Below are positions 45,455 to 55,334 of a stretch of 64,000 nucleotides of DNA, in pieces. The notes below the pieces were generated by a model that ran no database searches, was not told the origin of the DNA, and was given only the letters and a program-made list of their open reading frames with translations. The stretch lies in assembly GCF_017410345.1 (NCBI RefSeq), contig NZ_JAFQQZ010000017.1, positions 667-64,666 on the forward strand, given 5' to 3'. The translations under genes and the position numbers were made by a program. The first letter of the stretch is position 1. Each line of letters opens with the position of its first letter. This stretch comes from Methanobrevibacter sp. GTDB taxonomy: Archaea > Methanobacteriota > Methanobacteria > Methanobacteriales > Methanobacteriaceae.

Positions 45455-46696
45455 ATGGCAAAAGAAAAAGAACATTTAAATTTAGCATTTATTGGACACG
45501 TTGACCACGGTAAATCCACTTTAGTAGGACACTTATTATTAAAAGCTGGTGCAATCGCTGAACAACAATTAGATGAAGGTGAAGACAAATTCAGATTTGT
45601 TATGGACAAATTAGGAGAAGAAAGAGAAAGAGGAGTAACCATTGACTTAGCTCACCAAAAATTCTCCACCAACAAATACGACTACACTGTAGTAGACTGT
45701 CCTGGACACAGAGACTTCGTTAAAAACATGATTACTGGTGCATCCCAAGCTGACGCAGCTGTATTAGTAGTAGCTGCTAACGACGGTGTAATGCCACAAA
45801 CCAAAGAACACATGTTCTTATCCATGACTTTAGGTATCAAACAATTAATCATCGCAATCAACAAAATGGATATGGTTGATTACAGCGAAGACAGATACAA
45901 CGAAGTAAAAGACGAAGTATCCGACTTACTCAGATCCATCGGTAGAGACCCTGCAGCAACTCCTTTCATCCCTATGTCTGCATTTGAAGGAGACAACATC
46001 AAAGAATTATCTGACAACATGTCATGGTACAAAGGTAGTCCATTAATGGATGAATTAGACAAATTAGTACCACCTGAAAAACCTGTAGACTTACCATTAA
46101 GAATTCCTATTCAAGACGTATACTCCATCACTGGTGTAGGTACCGTACCTGTAGGAAGAGTAGAAACTGGTATCATGAAACAAGGAGACAACGTTATCTT
46201 TGAACCTGCTGGAGTTTCCGGTGAAGTAAAATCTATCGAAATGCACCACGAAACTTTCCCTGAAGCTGAACCTGGTGACAACATCGGTTTCAACGTAAGA
46301 GGTGTAGGTAAAAACGATATCAGAAGAGGAGACGTAGCTGGACATGCTACTGATGCTCCAACCGTAGCTAAAGAATTTACTGCACAAGTTGTTGTATTAC
46401 AACACCCTGGTGTAATCACCGTTGGATACACCCCTGTATTCCACTGTCACACCTCACAAACTGCATGTACTTTCTTAGACTTAACTTCCAAACTCGACCC
46501 TGCTACCGGTCAACCTGAAGCAACCAAACCTGACTTCATTAAAACTGGTGACGCAGCTATTGTACAAATTAAACCAACTAAACCTATGGTTATGGAAGAA
46601 GCTGCAAACATCCCTCCAATGGGAAGATTCGCTATCAGAGATATGGGTCAAACCGTAGCAGCTGGTTTATGTCTTAAAGTAACTGACAAAAAATAA
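45455..46696 (+). CDS. tuf: elongation factor EF-1 alpha
   Basis: [29 protein letters not shown]. Confidence 0.98.
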   Translation: MAKEKEHLNLAFIGHVDHGKSTLVGHLLLKAGAIAEQQLDEGEDKFRFVMDKLGEERERGVTIDLAHQKFSTNKYDYTVVDCPGHRDFVKNMITGASQADAAVLVVAANDGVMPQTKEHMFLSMTLGIKQLIIAINKMDMVDYSEDRYNEVKDEVSDLLRSIGRDPAATPFIPMSAFEGDNIKELSDNMSWYKGSPLMDELDKLVPPEKPVDLPLRIPIQDVYSITGVGTVPVGRVETGIMKQGDNVIFEPAGVSGEVKSIEMHHETFPEAEPGDNIGFNVRGVGKNDIRRGDVAGHATDAPTVAKEFTAQVVVLQHPGVITVGYTPVFHCHTSQTACTFLDLTSKLDPATGQPEATKPDFIKTGDAAIVQIKPTKPMVMEEAANIPPMGRFAIRDMGQTVAAGLCLKVTDKK

Positions 46697-46923
46697 GATC
46701 AATGATTAATTTTTAATTAAATTATTCATTTTTTATTTTTTTTAGTTTTATTTTTGTAAATTTATTAGGGAATGCATTTTGCTTTTTCTAATAAATCAAA
46801 TCTTTATTTTTTAGGTTTTAAATAATCAATTATTTTAAATCTATAGTATGTTTTAATCTAGTAATCTAGTTTAATCATATTTTAGATTTAACTAGATTAT
46901 TAACCTGTTTAAGGAGGATTAAA

Positions 46924-47229
46924 ATGAATCAAGCTAGAATTAAACTTACAGGTACCGATCCTGAAAAAATCAATTATGTCTGTGACCAGTTAAAGAAGAT
47001 TTCCGAAAGAACTGGTGTAGATATTTCTGGCCCTATTCCATTACCTACTAAAAAATTAGTCGTACCAACTAGAAAATCTCCAGACGGAGAAGGAAAAGCT
47101 ACTTGGGAAAAATGGGAACTTCGTATCCACAAACGTTTAATTGGAATTGGCGCTGATGAAAGAGCTATGAGACAAATTATGAAAGTAAGCGTTCCTGATA
47201 ACGTAAGTATTGAAATTGAACTTAAATAA
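46924..47229 (+). CDS. rps10: 30S ribosomal protein uS10
   Basis: [22 protein letters not shown]. Confidence 0.98.
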   Translation: MNQARIKLTGTDPEKINYVCDQLKKISERTGVDISGPIPLPTKKLVVPTRKSPDGEGKATWEKWELRIHKRLIGIGADERAMRQIMKVSVPDNVSIEIELK

Positions 47230-47384
47230 TTAAGCTTTATTTTTTAGCTTTCTTAATAATTAAGTATAATTATGATCTGAAATCTTTCAGTTCATTAAAC
47301 TTTCATACTTTTTATTTTAGATTTTTATTTGATATTAAATTGGATTACCCTAAATTATTTTTATAGATTTTATAATTTTCATAT

Positions 47385-47468
47385 GCCGAGATAGTCTAGC
47401 CTGGTAAGGCGCGGGACTTGAAATCCCGTGGGGTAATCTCCGCCTGGGTTCAAATCCCAGTCTCGGCG
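47385..47468 (+). tRNA. tRNA-Ser(UGA), long variable arm
   Basis: GCCGAGA/TCTCGGC acceptor, CGGGA-CTTGAAA-TCCCG, variable arm GGGG-TAAT-CTCC. Confidence 0.96.
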
Positions 47469-47914
47469 TTTACTACTTTTCCAAACTTTTATGATAAAAG
47501 TTTGATTAATTTTTTTATTTTTTTATTTTCTAATTTTTTGATTTCATTTTTTTGAAAAGTTTGATTTAAATTTTTTCATTATTCATTTTTCATTTTCAGA
47601 TTTTTTTATTTTTAATTTTTTTATAATTGAAAAAATTTTTAAATTTTACATTTTCAGATTTTTATGAAATTTTTTCAAAATTTTCACTAAAAATACAATT
47701 TTTCAATCAAATTTTTTAAGTCAAAAATTTATCACAGTTTAATTAATTAAAACTTTCATTAAAATGATACTTATTAGAAAACTTTTAAATTAATTGTATC
47801 TACTTTTAATTTAATTAATATTATGTGTAGATTAGTATTTTTGAAAAGAGTATAGATGTATCCACTTAGTAAAATTTACTAATTTATTAAAAAAAGTTTA
47901 AAATTAATTATATT

Positions 47915-47964
47915 TTGATGATTCCTGGTGAGTAAAAAAAAGTATTGATGGTGGTAAATCCTGA
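47915..47964 (+). ncRNA. candidate box C/D guide sRNA
   Basis: Box C TTGATGA at 47915, C'-like TTGATGG at 47945, box D CTGA at 47961; 50-nt span; TATA-like TTTATTAAA about 25 nt upstream. D' is degenerate. Confidence 0.45.
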
Positions 47965-48016
47965 TGGATAAAATTAAATTAATTTAAAAAATTAATACTA
48001 ATAATTTTTTAAATAT

Positions 48017-48127
48017 CTAAGCTTTTTTTGCAATCAAGGTTAAAAGTGCAATGACAATAATGAAACCTACAATCATTACAATTGCAAAAGATGAAAGTCC
48101 GCTTAAAATATCTGCTACTAAATTCAT
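48017..48127 (-). CDS. unannotated 36-aa single-TM micropeptide MNLVADILSGLSSFAIVMIVGFIIVIALLTLIAKKA
   Basis: Translated codon by codon from ATG 48127 to TAG 48017; RBS AAGGAGG 6 nt upstream (48134-48140); hydrophobic core followed by KKA. Confidence 0.8.
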   Translation of the reverse strand: MNLVADILSGLSSFAIVMIVGFIIVIALLTLIAKKA

Positions 48128-48241
48128 AATATTCCTCCTTAAAAAAATCAATAATTAATTTAATAATTATAATTTTACTTAATAATATTTTATTTAATAT
48201 ACTATTTATAATTTTTTTAAAATTCATGAAGTTTTAGAAAT

Positions 48242-50938
48242 TTAAAACTGACCGTCTACAATTCTATTGGCAATCTTATCTGTAACTAAGATCATTGCAG
48301 AAACAATGATTATCAAGATCCAATCGAAGACTCCGATAGCACAGGTCTTGAAGATTGTCTGCAGGAATGGAACATAGATAACAAGAACCTGCAATACGAA
48401 TGATCCGATAAGGGACAGCCAAAGCATGGTGTTTCTAAGTTTTGAGCTTGACCTGTAATTCAATGCATTGAACAGCTGATACAGTACGAATACTGTAAAT
48501 GCAACGGTAATCGCTTTGGTCTTCACATCCGCTCCACCATTCATCAATTCAAATATGAACAGTCCTAAGGTACCTATTGTCATGACAATTCCGGATATTG
48601 TTATTTTTATTAGAGTTTTCCTGTCAATCAATTCCCCTTTTTCAGGAGGCCTTCTCATTATGTCCTCTTCAGGACCTTCTAATCCTAAGGATTGTGCCGG
48701 AGGTCCATCCATGATAATATTGATCCATAAAAGTTGGATTGGAGTGAATGGAGTTGGTATGGGGAGCAATGATCCTATTGTAATGGTCAGTATTGCACCG
48801 ATGTTTGTTGACAATTGGAATTTCAGGAATCTCTTTATGTTATCAAAGATGGTTCTGCCTTCCTTGATTGAAGAGACTATTGTGGCAAAGTTGTCATCTC
48901 TTATGATCATGTCTGCAGATTCCTTAGTCATATCTGTGCCGCTGCCCATAGCCACTCCTATGGAAGCCTTTTTAAGTGCTGGCGCATCGTTTACACCATC
49001 ACCGGTCATTGATACGATTTCACCATGGTTTTGAAGAACTTCAATGATTCTTCTTTTCTGTTCTGGATATACTCTTGCATAGACTCTAATGTCCTTTGCA
49101 ATTTCATTGTATTCCTCATCACTTAAGTCTTCCAGTTCCTGGCCTGTTAGGACCTTTTTATGTTTCTGATTATCTTCATTGCTAAAGAGTTTAGGGAGAA
49201 TGCCTAATTCCTTAGCTATTGCAGTTGCAGTATCCTTATGGTCTCCTGTAATCATGACCACATTGATTCCTGCATTTTGACAGTCTGTTATAGCTTCAGA
49301 TACTTCAGCTCTTGGAGGATCCATTATTCCAAGAAGTCCAGTAAATACCAAATCCTTTTCAAAGGTTTCCCCATGGTGCTTGTTTTGTGAATATGTTTTA
49401 TGTGTTTGGGAATCTTCATTCTCAAATTCCCTATTGTCCAATTCTAGAATGTTCTCATATTCCTCTTTATTTATTCTCTTGTAGGCAAGAGCTATAACCC
49501 TTAATGAGGAATTTGCCATTCTATCGATTTCAGTTTGAATATCCTTTTTGGTGTAGCTGTCAAAATGGTTTTCATGGCCATAAAAGTCAATTTTTTCTGA
49601 CATGTCCAAGATTAATTCAGGTGCACCTTTTGTTAGAATGTAATAGTTTTTATTTAATTCATCTTCATCTTTCTCACTGTAGATAACTGTCATTCGCTTC
49701 CTGTTGCTGTCAAAAGGTATTTCATATTCCTTTTCGAGATTTCTATTTGATATGAGGCTTTTAAAACCGTTATCCATTGCAAAGTAATGTGATGCCAAAT
49801 CGGTAGGATTGCCTATCAATTCATCATCTTCGTATCTTACTCCATTACAAAGACCTGCAATTAATGTGGAATATTCTTGATTGGTTAGAAAATCTTTTCT
49901 CACACTCATCTTATTTTCGGTTAAGGTACCTGTTTTGTCTGTGCAGATGTAAGTACAAGATCCTAAAGTTTCTACAGAAGACAATCTTTTAACGATTGCA
50001 TTGGATTTTGCCATCTTTTGCATTCCTAATGCCAAAGTCAATGTCAGAACTGCAGGAAGCCCTTCAGGAATAGCTGCAACAGCCAGTGAAACTGCAGTCA
50101 TAAAGCTTTCAAGAATATCTGTAGCTTGGAAGAAGTTTATAAAGAATACGAAAATACAAATGATGATGGAAATTATTCCAATCTTCTTGCCTAATTTTCC
50201 CACTTTAATTGTTAAAGGAGTCTCTTCAGCATCTTCCTGAATCATTTTAGCTATTCTGCCTATGCTTGTTTCCATTCCAGTAGCTATTACAACTCCTGTT
50301 CCTTTTCCGAAAATCACATTGGAATTCATGGATAGGAGTTTGCTTTGAATGTTTTCCTCTTTAGAATATTTTTGAATATCCTTAATTTTTTCAGAAAAGT
50401 CTTTGATGTTTTCATAATTTGTGTCCTTTTTAACTAAAGTGGATTCCCCGGTCAATGAGGACTCATCCACTCCCAAGTCATAGGATTCTATTAAAATCAG
50501 ATCAGCAGGGACTTTATCTCCCTCTTCAAGGATTACAATGTCTCCAATTGCAAGCCTTTCACTTGGAATCCTTTTAAGGGCGTTGTCCCTTTTGACATGC
50601 GCATCTGTATGGACCAGGCTTTTAAGCTTTTCCATAGCGTTTTCAGCACGATACTCTTGGATAAAACCGATTATTGAGTTGATTATGACAACCACAACTA
50701 TAACGAATGCATCCAGATGATTTCCAATCATATAGCTTGCTATAGCTGCAATAATAAGCATGAATATTAAAACATCTAAAAATTGTGAAAAGAATAACTT
50801 TAAAGGACTATCCCTCTTTTGCTCTTTAAGCTTGTTCAGGCCATACTTTTCCAATCGAGCATTGGCCTCAGCACTATTAAGCCCTTCCTTTTGAGTGGAG
50901 TACTGTTTCAATATTTCTTCTATCAAGATAATCCCCAA
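48242..50938 (-). CDS. P2-type (Ca2+/Mn2+-like) cation-transporting ATPase
   Basis: TGES, IPEGL, DKTGTLT, KGAPE, TGDGVNDAPA, M6 QLLWINIIMDG. Alternative TTG start at 50926. Confidence 0.95.
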   Translation of the reverse strand: MGIILIEEILKQYSTQKEGLNSAEANARLEKYGLNKLKEQKRDSPLKLFFSQFLDVLIFMLIIAAIASYMIGNHLDAFVIVVVVIINSIIGFIQEYRAENAMEKLKSLVHTDAHVKRDNALKRIPSERLAIGDIVILEEGDKVPADLILIESYDLGVDESSLTGESTLVKKDTNYENIKDFSEKIKDIQKYSKEENIQSKLLSMNSNVIFGKGTGVVIATGMETSIGRIAKMIQEDAEETPLTIKVGKLGKKIGIISIIICIFVFFINFFQATDILESFMTAVSLAVAAIPEGLPAVLTLTLALGMQKMAKSNAIVKRLSSVETLGSCTYICTDKTGTLTENKMSVRKDFLTNQEYSTLIAGLCNGVRYEDDELIGNPTDLASHYFAMDNGFKSLISNRNLEKEYEIPFDSNRKRMTVIYSEKDEDELNKNYYILTKGAPELILDMSEKIDFYGHENHFDSYTKKDIQTEIDRMANSSLRVIALAYKRINKEEYENILELDNREFENEDSQTHKTYSQNKHHGETFEKDLVFTGLLGIMDPPRAEVSEAITDCQNAGINVVMITGDHKDTATAIAKELGILPKLFSNEDNQKHKKVLTGQELEDLSDEEYNEIAKDIRVYARVYPEQKRRIIEVLQNHGEIVSMTGDGVNDAPALKKASIGVAMGSGTDMTKESADMIIRDDNFATIVSSIKEGRTIFDNIKRFLKFQLSTNIGAILTITIGSLLPIPTPFTPIQLLWINIIMDGPPAQSLGLEGPEEDIMRRPPEKGELIDRKTLIKITISGIVMTIGTLGLFIFELMNGGADVKTKAITVAFTVFVLYQLFNALNYRSSSKLRNTMLWLSLIGSFVLQVLVIYVPFLQTIFKTCAIGVFDWILIIIVSAMILVTDKIANRIVDGQF

Positions 50939-51060
50939 GTTTCTAAATGATTAAAAATAGTTTGAATTTATATTATAAATAAAATATTAGTAAATTTATA
51001 TCTTTAATTTATTTTATTTAAACATTTAACATTTAATATTTAACATTTATTGTGCATCTC

Positions 51061-51471
51061 TTATTTTTCGTAAATGTAGAATGAAGCCCGATTGTAGTTC
51101 TTCAGTTTCATTTTTTTGGTTTTCATATTCAAATCCTCATTGAATAAAGGCTTGATGATTAATGTTGCATCAACTTCATCCCTTATTTTCATGATTGCTT
51201 CCTGCAATTCTGCAGGAGGCCTGATTGAAAACAGTATGTCTGCATCCTTATAGGTATCCATATTCGGATTAAAGACATCATCCCTAATGATATTCTCATT
51301 TGCAGGGTCAATGTCTGTCATTATGACGTCAATCTTTTCATCCTTGCTTAAATTATTGGAGATTGTTTGGAACTTTCCCGCTCCAATTTCAACTATTTTA
51401 GTTTTCTTTCCAGTTTTCTCGCTGTTTTCAATAGCTAATTTGAGAATATATTCCTCTAGATCATTCCACAT
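51061..51471 (-). CDS. UPF0146 family protein
   Basis: VEIGAG, TDI, DDVFNP, YSIRPP-like FSIRPPAEL. Confidence 0.88.
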   Translation of the reverse strand: MWNDLEEYILKLAIENSEKTGKKTKIVEIGAGKFQTISNNLSKDEKIDVIMTDIDPANENIIRDDVFNPNMDTYKDADILFSIRPPAELQEAIMKIRDEVDATLIIKPLFNEDLNMKTKKMKLKNYNRASFYIYEK

Positions 51472-51654
51472 TTTTATTCCTTTTTGTTTTTGCTTTATAG
51501 ATATATTTATTCTTTTATAATTTAATATCTTCTTTTTTATCTTATTCTTTTTATTATTAGAAATCTTTTTAAAAGAGAAAATTAAATAATATTAATAGTA
51601 AATTTGCAATTAAAAAAATATTATTTTTTATTTAATTTATTTTTGGGTTTTTAT

Positions 51655-52101
51655 ATGTTTATTCGTGAATTTGTCCCTTCCGATTTGGGAAGGGTCTATC
51701 AGATTGAAGTGGAGTCCTTTTCCACACCTTATGATATAAATATCCTTCACCAATTATATGAAATAGGAACCGGATTTCTTGTAGCTGTTGAAGATGGTGA
51801 AATCGTAGGATATATTATCTTTTGGGTAAAAGAAGAGGGTTTAGGGCATATAATCGCTCTTGCAGTCGATAGGAAATTCCGCCGTCAGCATATAGCTACC
51901 CGATTGCTTATGATGGCCATAAGCATATTCAAGAATATTGAAATTCATAGGATCACTTTAGAGGTAAAGTCACATAATGATGCTGCAGTCAGATTTTATC
52001 AGAAATTCGGATTTGAGATTGATAGGAAGGTCCCTAATTATTATGAGGATGGATCCGATGCTTATGTCATGTTATTCAACACAGGTAAAATAAGTAATTA
52101 A
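51655..52101 (+). CDS. rimI: RimI-like GNAT N-acetyltransferase
   Basis: HIIALAVDRKFRRQHIA, LEVKSHNDAAVRFYQKFGF, NYYEDGSDA. Confidence 0.9.
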   Translation: MFIREFVPSDLGRVYQIEVESFSTPYDINILHQLYEIGTGFLVAVEDGEIVGYIIFWVKEEGLGHIIALAVDRKFRRQHIATRLLMMAISIFKNIEIHRITLEVKSHNDAAVRFYQKFGFEIDRKVPNYYEDGSDAYVMLFNTGKISN

Positions 52102-52133
52102 GAACAATTTGGCCATATTTTTTATTCTTTGCT

Positions 52134-52219
52134 TTTAGTTAAATCCAGTTTATAGTTAAGACTGTTCTCTTTTTTCTTTAGTTAAATCCAGTTTATAGCT
52201 AAGATTGTTCTCTTTTTTC
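52134..52219. repeat. 43-bp tandem duplication (2 mismatches) over the 3' end of the 52156-53100 gene
   Basis: Copies at 52134-52176 and 52177-52219. Confidence 0.93.
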
Positions 52220-53100
52220 AATTCATTTAACTCTTTATTGATTCTGATGTACTCCTTTTCAACTTCCAATAATGAAGTAACTAATCCTTCCCTATAGCTG
52301 TTGACCTTTTTGGTATCCAATAGGAACTTCTGTTGGGTATAAGGCTTTGAGTTGATTATATTGGAAATTTCAATATCCTCCAATTCTATATTGATTTCCA
52401 ACTTATTCCTTAGCCTTTCAAGGTCTTCTACTGTTTTTGGAATATTTTCAATGTCATGGATGTAAATTAAATTTTTAGCGGATCTCAATTCATCCAAGTT
52501 CCTATCCTCATAGGCTTCCTTGGAACTGTAAAATAAGTTTTCCTCATAGATTGTAGGTTCAAGGAGCAAATCAGGATGAATTTTTCTAATGCAATCCTTA
52601 TAAAGTTCATGCAATTCCTTGAAGTCCTGCTTTTTGCTTAAATTGTTCTTATGCTCTTCAATCAGAATGTTAACCTTTGCAGTCTCAGTCTGCAATTCCA
52701 AATCTTCCTCACTGAACTCATTTTCAATATGGCTTTCAATTTCACCCATATTGATTTTCGGCTTATTGATTTTGGTTTGGTTGATCTTTTTTTGATTCTC
52801 TTCCAAATCTGCAGTGTCCTTATTGAATTGATTGGCTGATTGCTTTTCAATCATCTTTTTAAGGAGTTCGATTGTTCTTTTTGTCTTTTTGATTCTGAGC
52901 TTGTAATCCTTGATTTTGTATTTGTAAACTCCAAATTTCAATGAATAGTCTGTTTCAATCTCTCTGCAAGTAAAATTGATTAGATGGTCTTCTTCAAAGA
53001 GTTTGCTGGCTAGAATCTCCTTTAAATAGCTTATCTCATCATTTAAACTATTCATATATTCCTCATTTTCCTTTGTTTTTTGAGCTTCTGTCATTTTCAA
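52156..53100 (-). CDS. coiled-coil protein with internal J-domain-like HPD motif
   Basis: Long heptad-rich helices flank LYKDCIRKIHPD...LFYSSKEAYE. Confidence 0.75.
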   Translation of the reverse strand: MKMTEAQKTKENEEYMNSLNDEISYLKEILASKLFEEDHLINFTCREIETDYSLKFGVYKYKIKDYKLRIKKTKRTIELLKKMIEKQSANQFNKDTADLEENQKKINQTKINKPKINMGEIESHIENEFSEEDLELQTETAKVNILIEEHKNNLSKKQDFKELHELYKDCIRKIHPDLLLEPTIYEENLFYSSKEAYEDRNLDELRSAKNLIYIHDIENIPKTVEDLERLRNKLEINIELEDIEISNIINSKPYTQQKFLLDTKKVNSYREGLVTSLLEVEKEYIRINKELNELKKENNLSYKLDLTKEKREQS

Positions 53101-53128
53101 AATCCCTGATTCTAATTGCTGTTTTCAC

Positions 53129-54406
53129 TTATCTGCGTCTTTTTTGCTGTTTGTTCAATCTCTTAGGAGGCCTGCCTTGTCTTCTTCTGCCTCTTCCTCT
53201 TTCCATCTCTCTTTCAATTTCTCTTTGCCTTCTTTTCCTGTTTCTTCTTTGTTTTCTTCTTCTAATCCTTCTTTTTATTCTTTTTATTATGCTTCTGATT
53301 ATTAATAAGATTACGATTATTCCAAGGATTATGATTCCTATTGGCAATAGCTCATGGAATAGGTCGCTGTTGTATTTGTGGAATTCCATTTCAGATGGGA
53401 AATTCATATTGCTTGCACTTGTGTCATCCTGTGTAAGCAGTGCAAAATTATAGACCAGATCGTAATATCCTATGCTTGCACCTTCATAATTGATGGAATC
53501 AGGTGCCTTTCCATTCTCATTCATATAGTCTACAACAATATCCGCCATATTGTAATAGTCATTGAATGAATATTCTCCTTTGGTGAAGCTTGAATATTCT
53601 TGAGGATTGTCCGGCGCTCCAAATTCTCCAGGAACTTCCAAGCCGTATCCGCTTATGTATGAGGCGCTCATATACAATAATTGCTGTGTAGTGTAGGAAC
53701 CGTATGAATCCTGCATATCCATTCCGTATCCGGCAACGATTTTCTGGGAATCTTCCGCCAAGTATTTAGGGTCTAGTTTGTGATAGACTATTAAATCAGT
53801 ATCCAACTGTTTGTTGTTGTCCATTCCAGCATAAACTGATTTGATGATTTCATCTGCAATGTATTCGTTCACATTGTCGCTGTCATATGCGATTATTCCT
53901 TTGTAGCAATCGTCTGGATATTGCTGTGCTGGTTGGATTAAGGTTATTCCAGCGTCATTCAGGAATTTTCCAGGGCTTTTCACTGATGCAAATGTGTAAT
54001 GGGACCAATTGTCATCATAGGATCTTCTAAGGAAATTGATATTGTACAGGTCAAGTGTCCCTGCATTCACATAGATGATTTTCTTGCTTACCTTAGTGGA
54101 GTAATCTGCAAGGTCAACTAAGTTTCCTGCGCAAGCCCCGGCTATTGTAACTGCCACATCACATCTTGCAGCCATTACCCGTGTCCCTTCTCCGGGATTT
54201 GAAGCCGAATCATCAACCACTACAATGATGTCTCCATTGGTCTTTGATTCGATTCTTTCCTTGATATCATTTAATCTGGCGAAATCCGCATCATGCTCAT
54301 GCAGATTGTCTGAAGTCAGGAATACAGTGGTTGCATCTGCACTTTCAGCAAATATTGGGCTTAAGATTATCAATGATAAAAGCAATAATGGAATAATCTT
54401 TTTCAT
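53129..54406 (-). CDS. adhesin-like surface protein: signal peptide, pseudomurein-binding-repeat-like segments, C-terminal TM and Arg-rich tail
   Basis: MKKIIPLLLLSLIILSPIFAESADA signal; YMNENGKAPDSI...YYDLVYNFA PMBR-like segment; TM LLPIGIIILGIIVILLII; basic tail. Confidence 0.8.
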   Translation of the reverse strand: MKKIIPLLLLSLIILSPIFAESADATTVFLTSDNLHEHDADFARLNDIKERIESKTNGDIIVVVDDSASNPGEGTRVMAARCDVAVTIAGACAGNLVDLADYSTKVSKKIIYVNAGTLDLYNINFLRRSYDDNWSHYTFASVKSPGKFLNDAGITLIQPAQQYPDDCYKGIIAYDSDNVNEYIADEIIKSVYAGMDNNKQLDTDLIVYHKLDPKYLAEDSQKIVAGYGMDMQDSYGSYTTQQLLYMSASYISGYGLEVPGEFGAPDNPQEYSSFTKGEYSFNDYYNMADIVVDYMNENGKAPDSINYEGASIGYYDLVYNFALLTQDDTSASNMNFPSEMEFHKYNSDLFHELLPIGIIILGIIVILLIIRSIIKRIKRRIRRRKQRRNRKRRQREIEREMERGRGRRRQGRPPKRLNKQQKRRR

Positions 54407-54492
54407 AGTCTTATCTCGTTTGATTGCAATTTAATTGTTTATAAAATAATTTTTAAATTTTAAATAAATGTTTAATAAAAGATGGATCTTGT

Positions 54493-54840
54493 TTAAATTT
54501 CTTCATCGTCTTCTTCAAGAACCCATTTGATGGTATCCAATCTTATGTCGTTTGTCCAGATCATTGCATGAATCTGGTTTTTTGCTTCAGCATTTCCTTC
54601 AATGGATGCCTCTTCATATCTTTCATTCAATTCTTCAGCTCTTTTTTCAAATTTTTCAAGCAAGTCACGAACTTGGCTTTCAGAGCTTACTAATGTGCTT
54701 GTCAACATGATTGATTGCAATTCGGAACCTGCAAGGATTACTTTAAGTTCATTTGTAAGGTCATCTTCCTCTGCCCTTAATCCTGCAATCTTATCATTCA
54801 GCAATTCGATTTTTTCTCCAATTTCCTCTTGTGTTTTCAT
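54493..54840 (-). CDS. small acidic coiled-coil hypothetical protein
   Basis: 115-aa ORF with RBS GGAG and a helical heptad pattern. Confidence 0.75.
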   Translation of the reverse strand: MKTQEEIGEKIELLNDKIAGLRAEEDDLTNELKVILAGSELQSIMLTSTLVSSESQVRDLLEKFEKRAEELNERYEEASIEGNAEAKNQIHAMIWTNDIRLDTIKWVLEEDDEEI

Positions 54841-54921
54841 TCTATAATCTCCAAAAATATGATTTTAATTTTTATGTTTTTTGTTTTAGTTGGGTAAATC
54901 TAATTTCAATCTTCTAAAAAA

Positions 54922-55152
54922 TTATTTTTCCATATCCCAATTCACTGGTTTTTTCTTTCGTCTTCCCCATTTGGTTGTTTTCCACATTCCAGTGTTCCTA
55001 TTGGTCATGCCTTCCCTTAAGTCTATTCTATCTTCAGGCAAGTCATTTGGATTTATTTCCTTTTTTTCAGTTAAATTAGCGCCGCATTGGCTGCAAAACT
55101 TAGCATTGATATCATAAAGCTTTGCCCCACATTTCGGACAAAATTGGTTCAT
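54922..55152 (-). CDS. zinc-ribbon domain protein
   Basis: FCPKCG...FCSQCG; RBS GGTGA. Confidence 0.8.
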   Translation of the reverse strand: MNQFCPKCGAKLYDINAKFCSQCGANLTEKKEINPNDLPEDRIDLREGMTNRNTGMWKTTKWGRRKKKPVNWDMEK

Positions 55153-55334
55153 TATTTCACCTTCAGTTATTAAATATAATTCGAATATAATACAAATATA
55201 ATTAAATTATTATTTTAATCGCTTTTATAGATATCTATAAATATTAGGAAATAATATTTTATTATGTAATTGTTATTGATTATCAATGAAAGTTTATCAA
55301 TAAAATCTGATTATATTTTAATGAGGGTGATAGA

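Noticed and set aside
45077-46796. Similar hairpins after fusA (ATTAGGAA/TTCCTAAT, 45077-45098) and after tuf (46760-46796)
   Set aside because: Most simply ordinary 3'-end or terminator stems in T-rich tracts; the similarity is too short to claim a repeat family.
48009-48227. 72-aa Cys-rich ORF in the supplied track
   Set aside because: No RBS and an AT-rich low-complexity start. It overlaps, in another frame, the 36-aa ORF that has a perfect AAGGAGG RBS and a coherent TM sequence.
53073-53453. 126-aa Leu/Phe-rich plus-strand ORF resembling a membrane protein
   Set aside because: It is the reverse complement of the purine-rich Arg-tail coding region.
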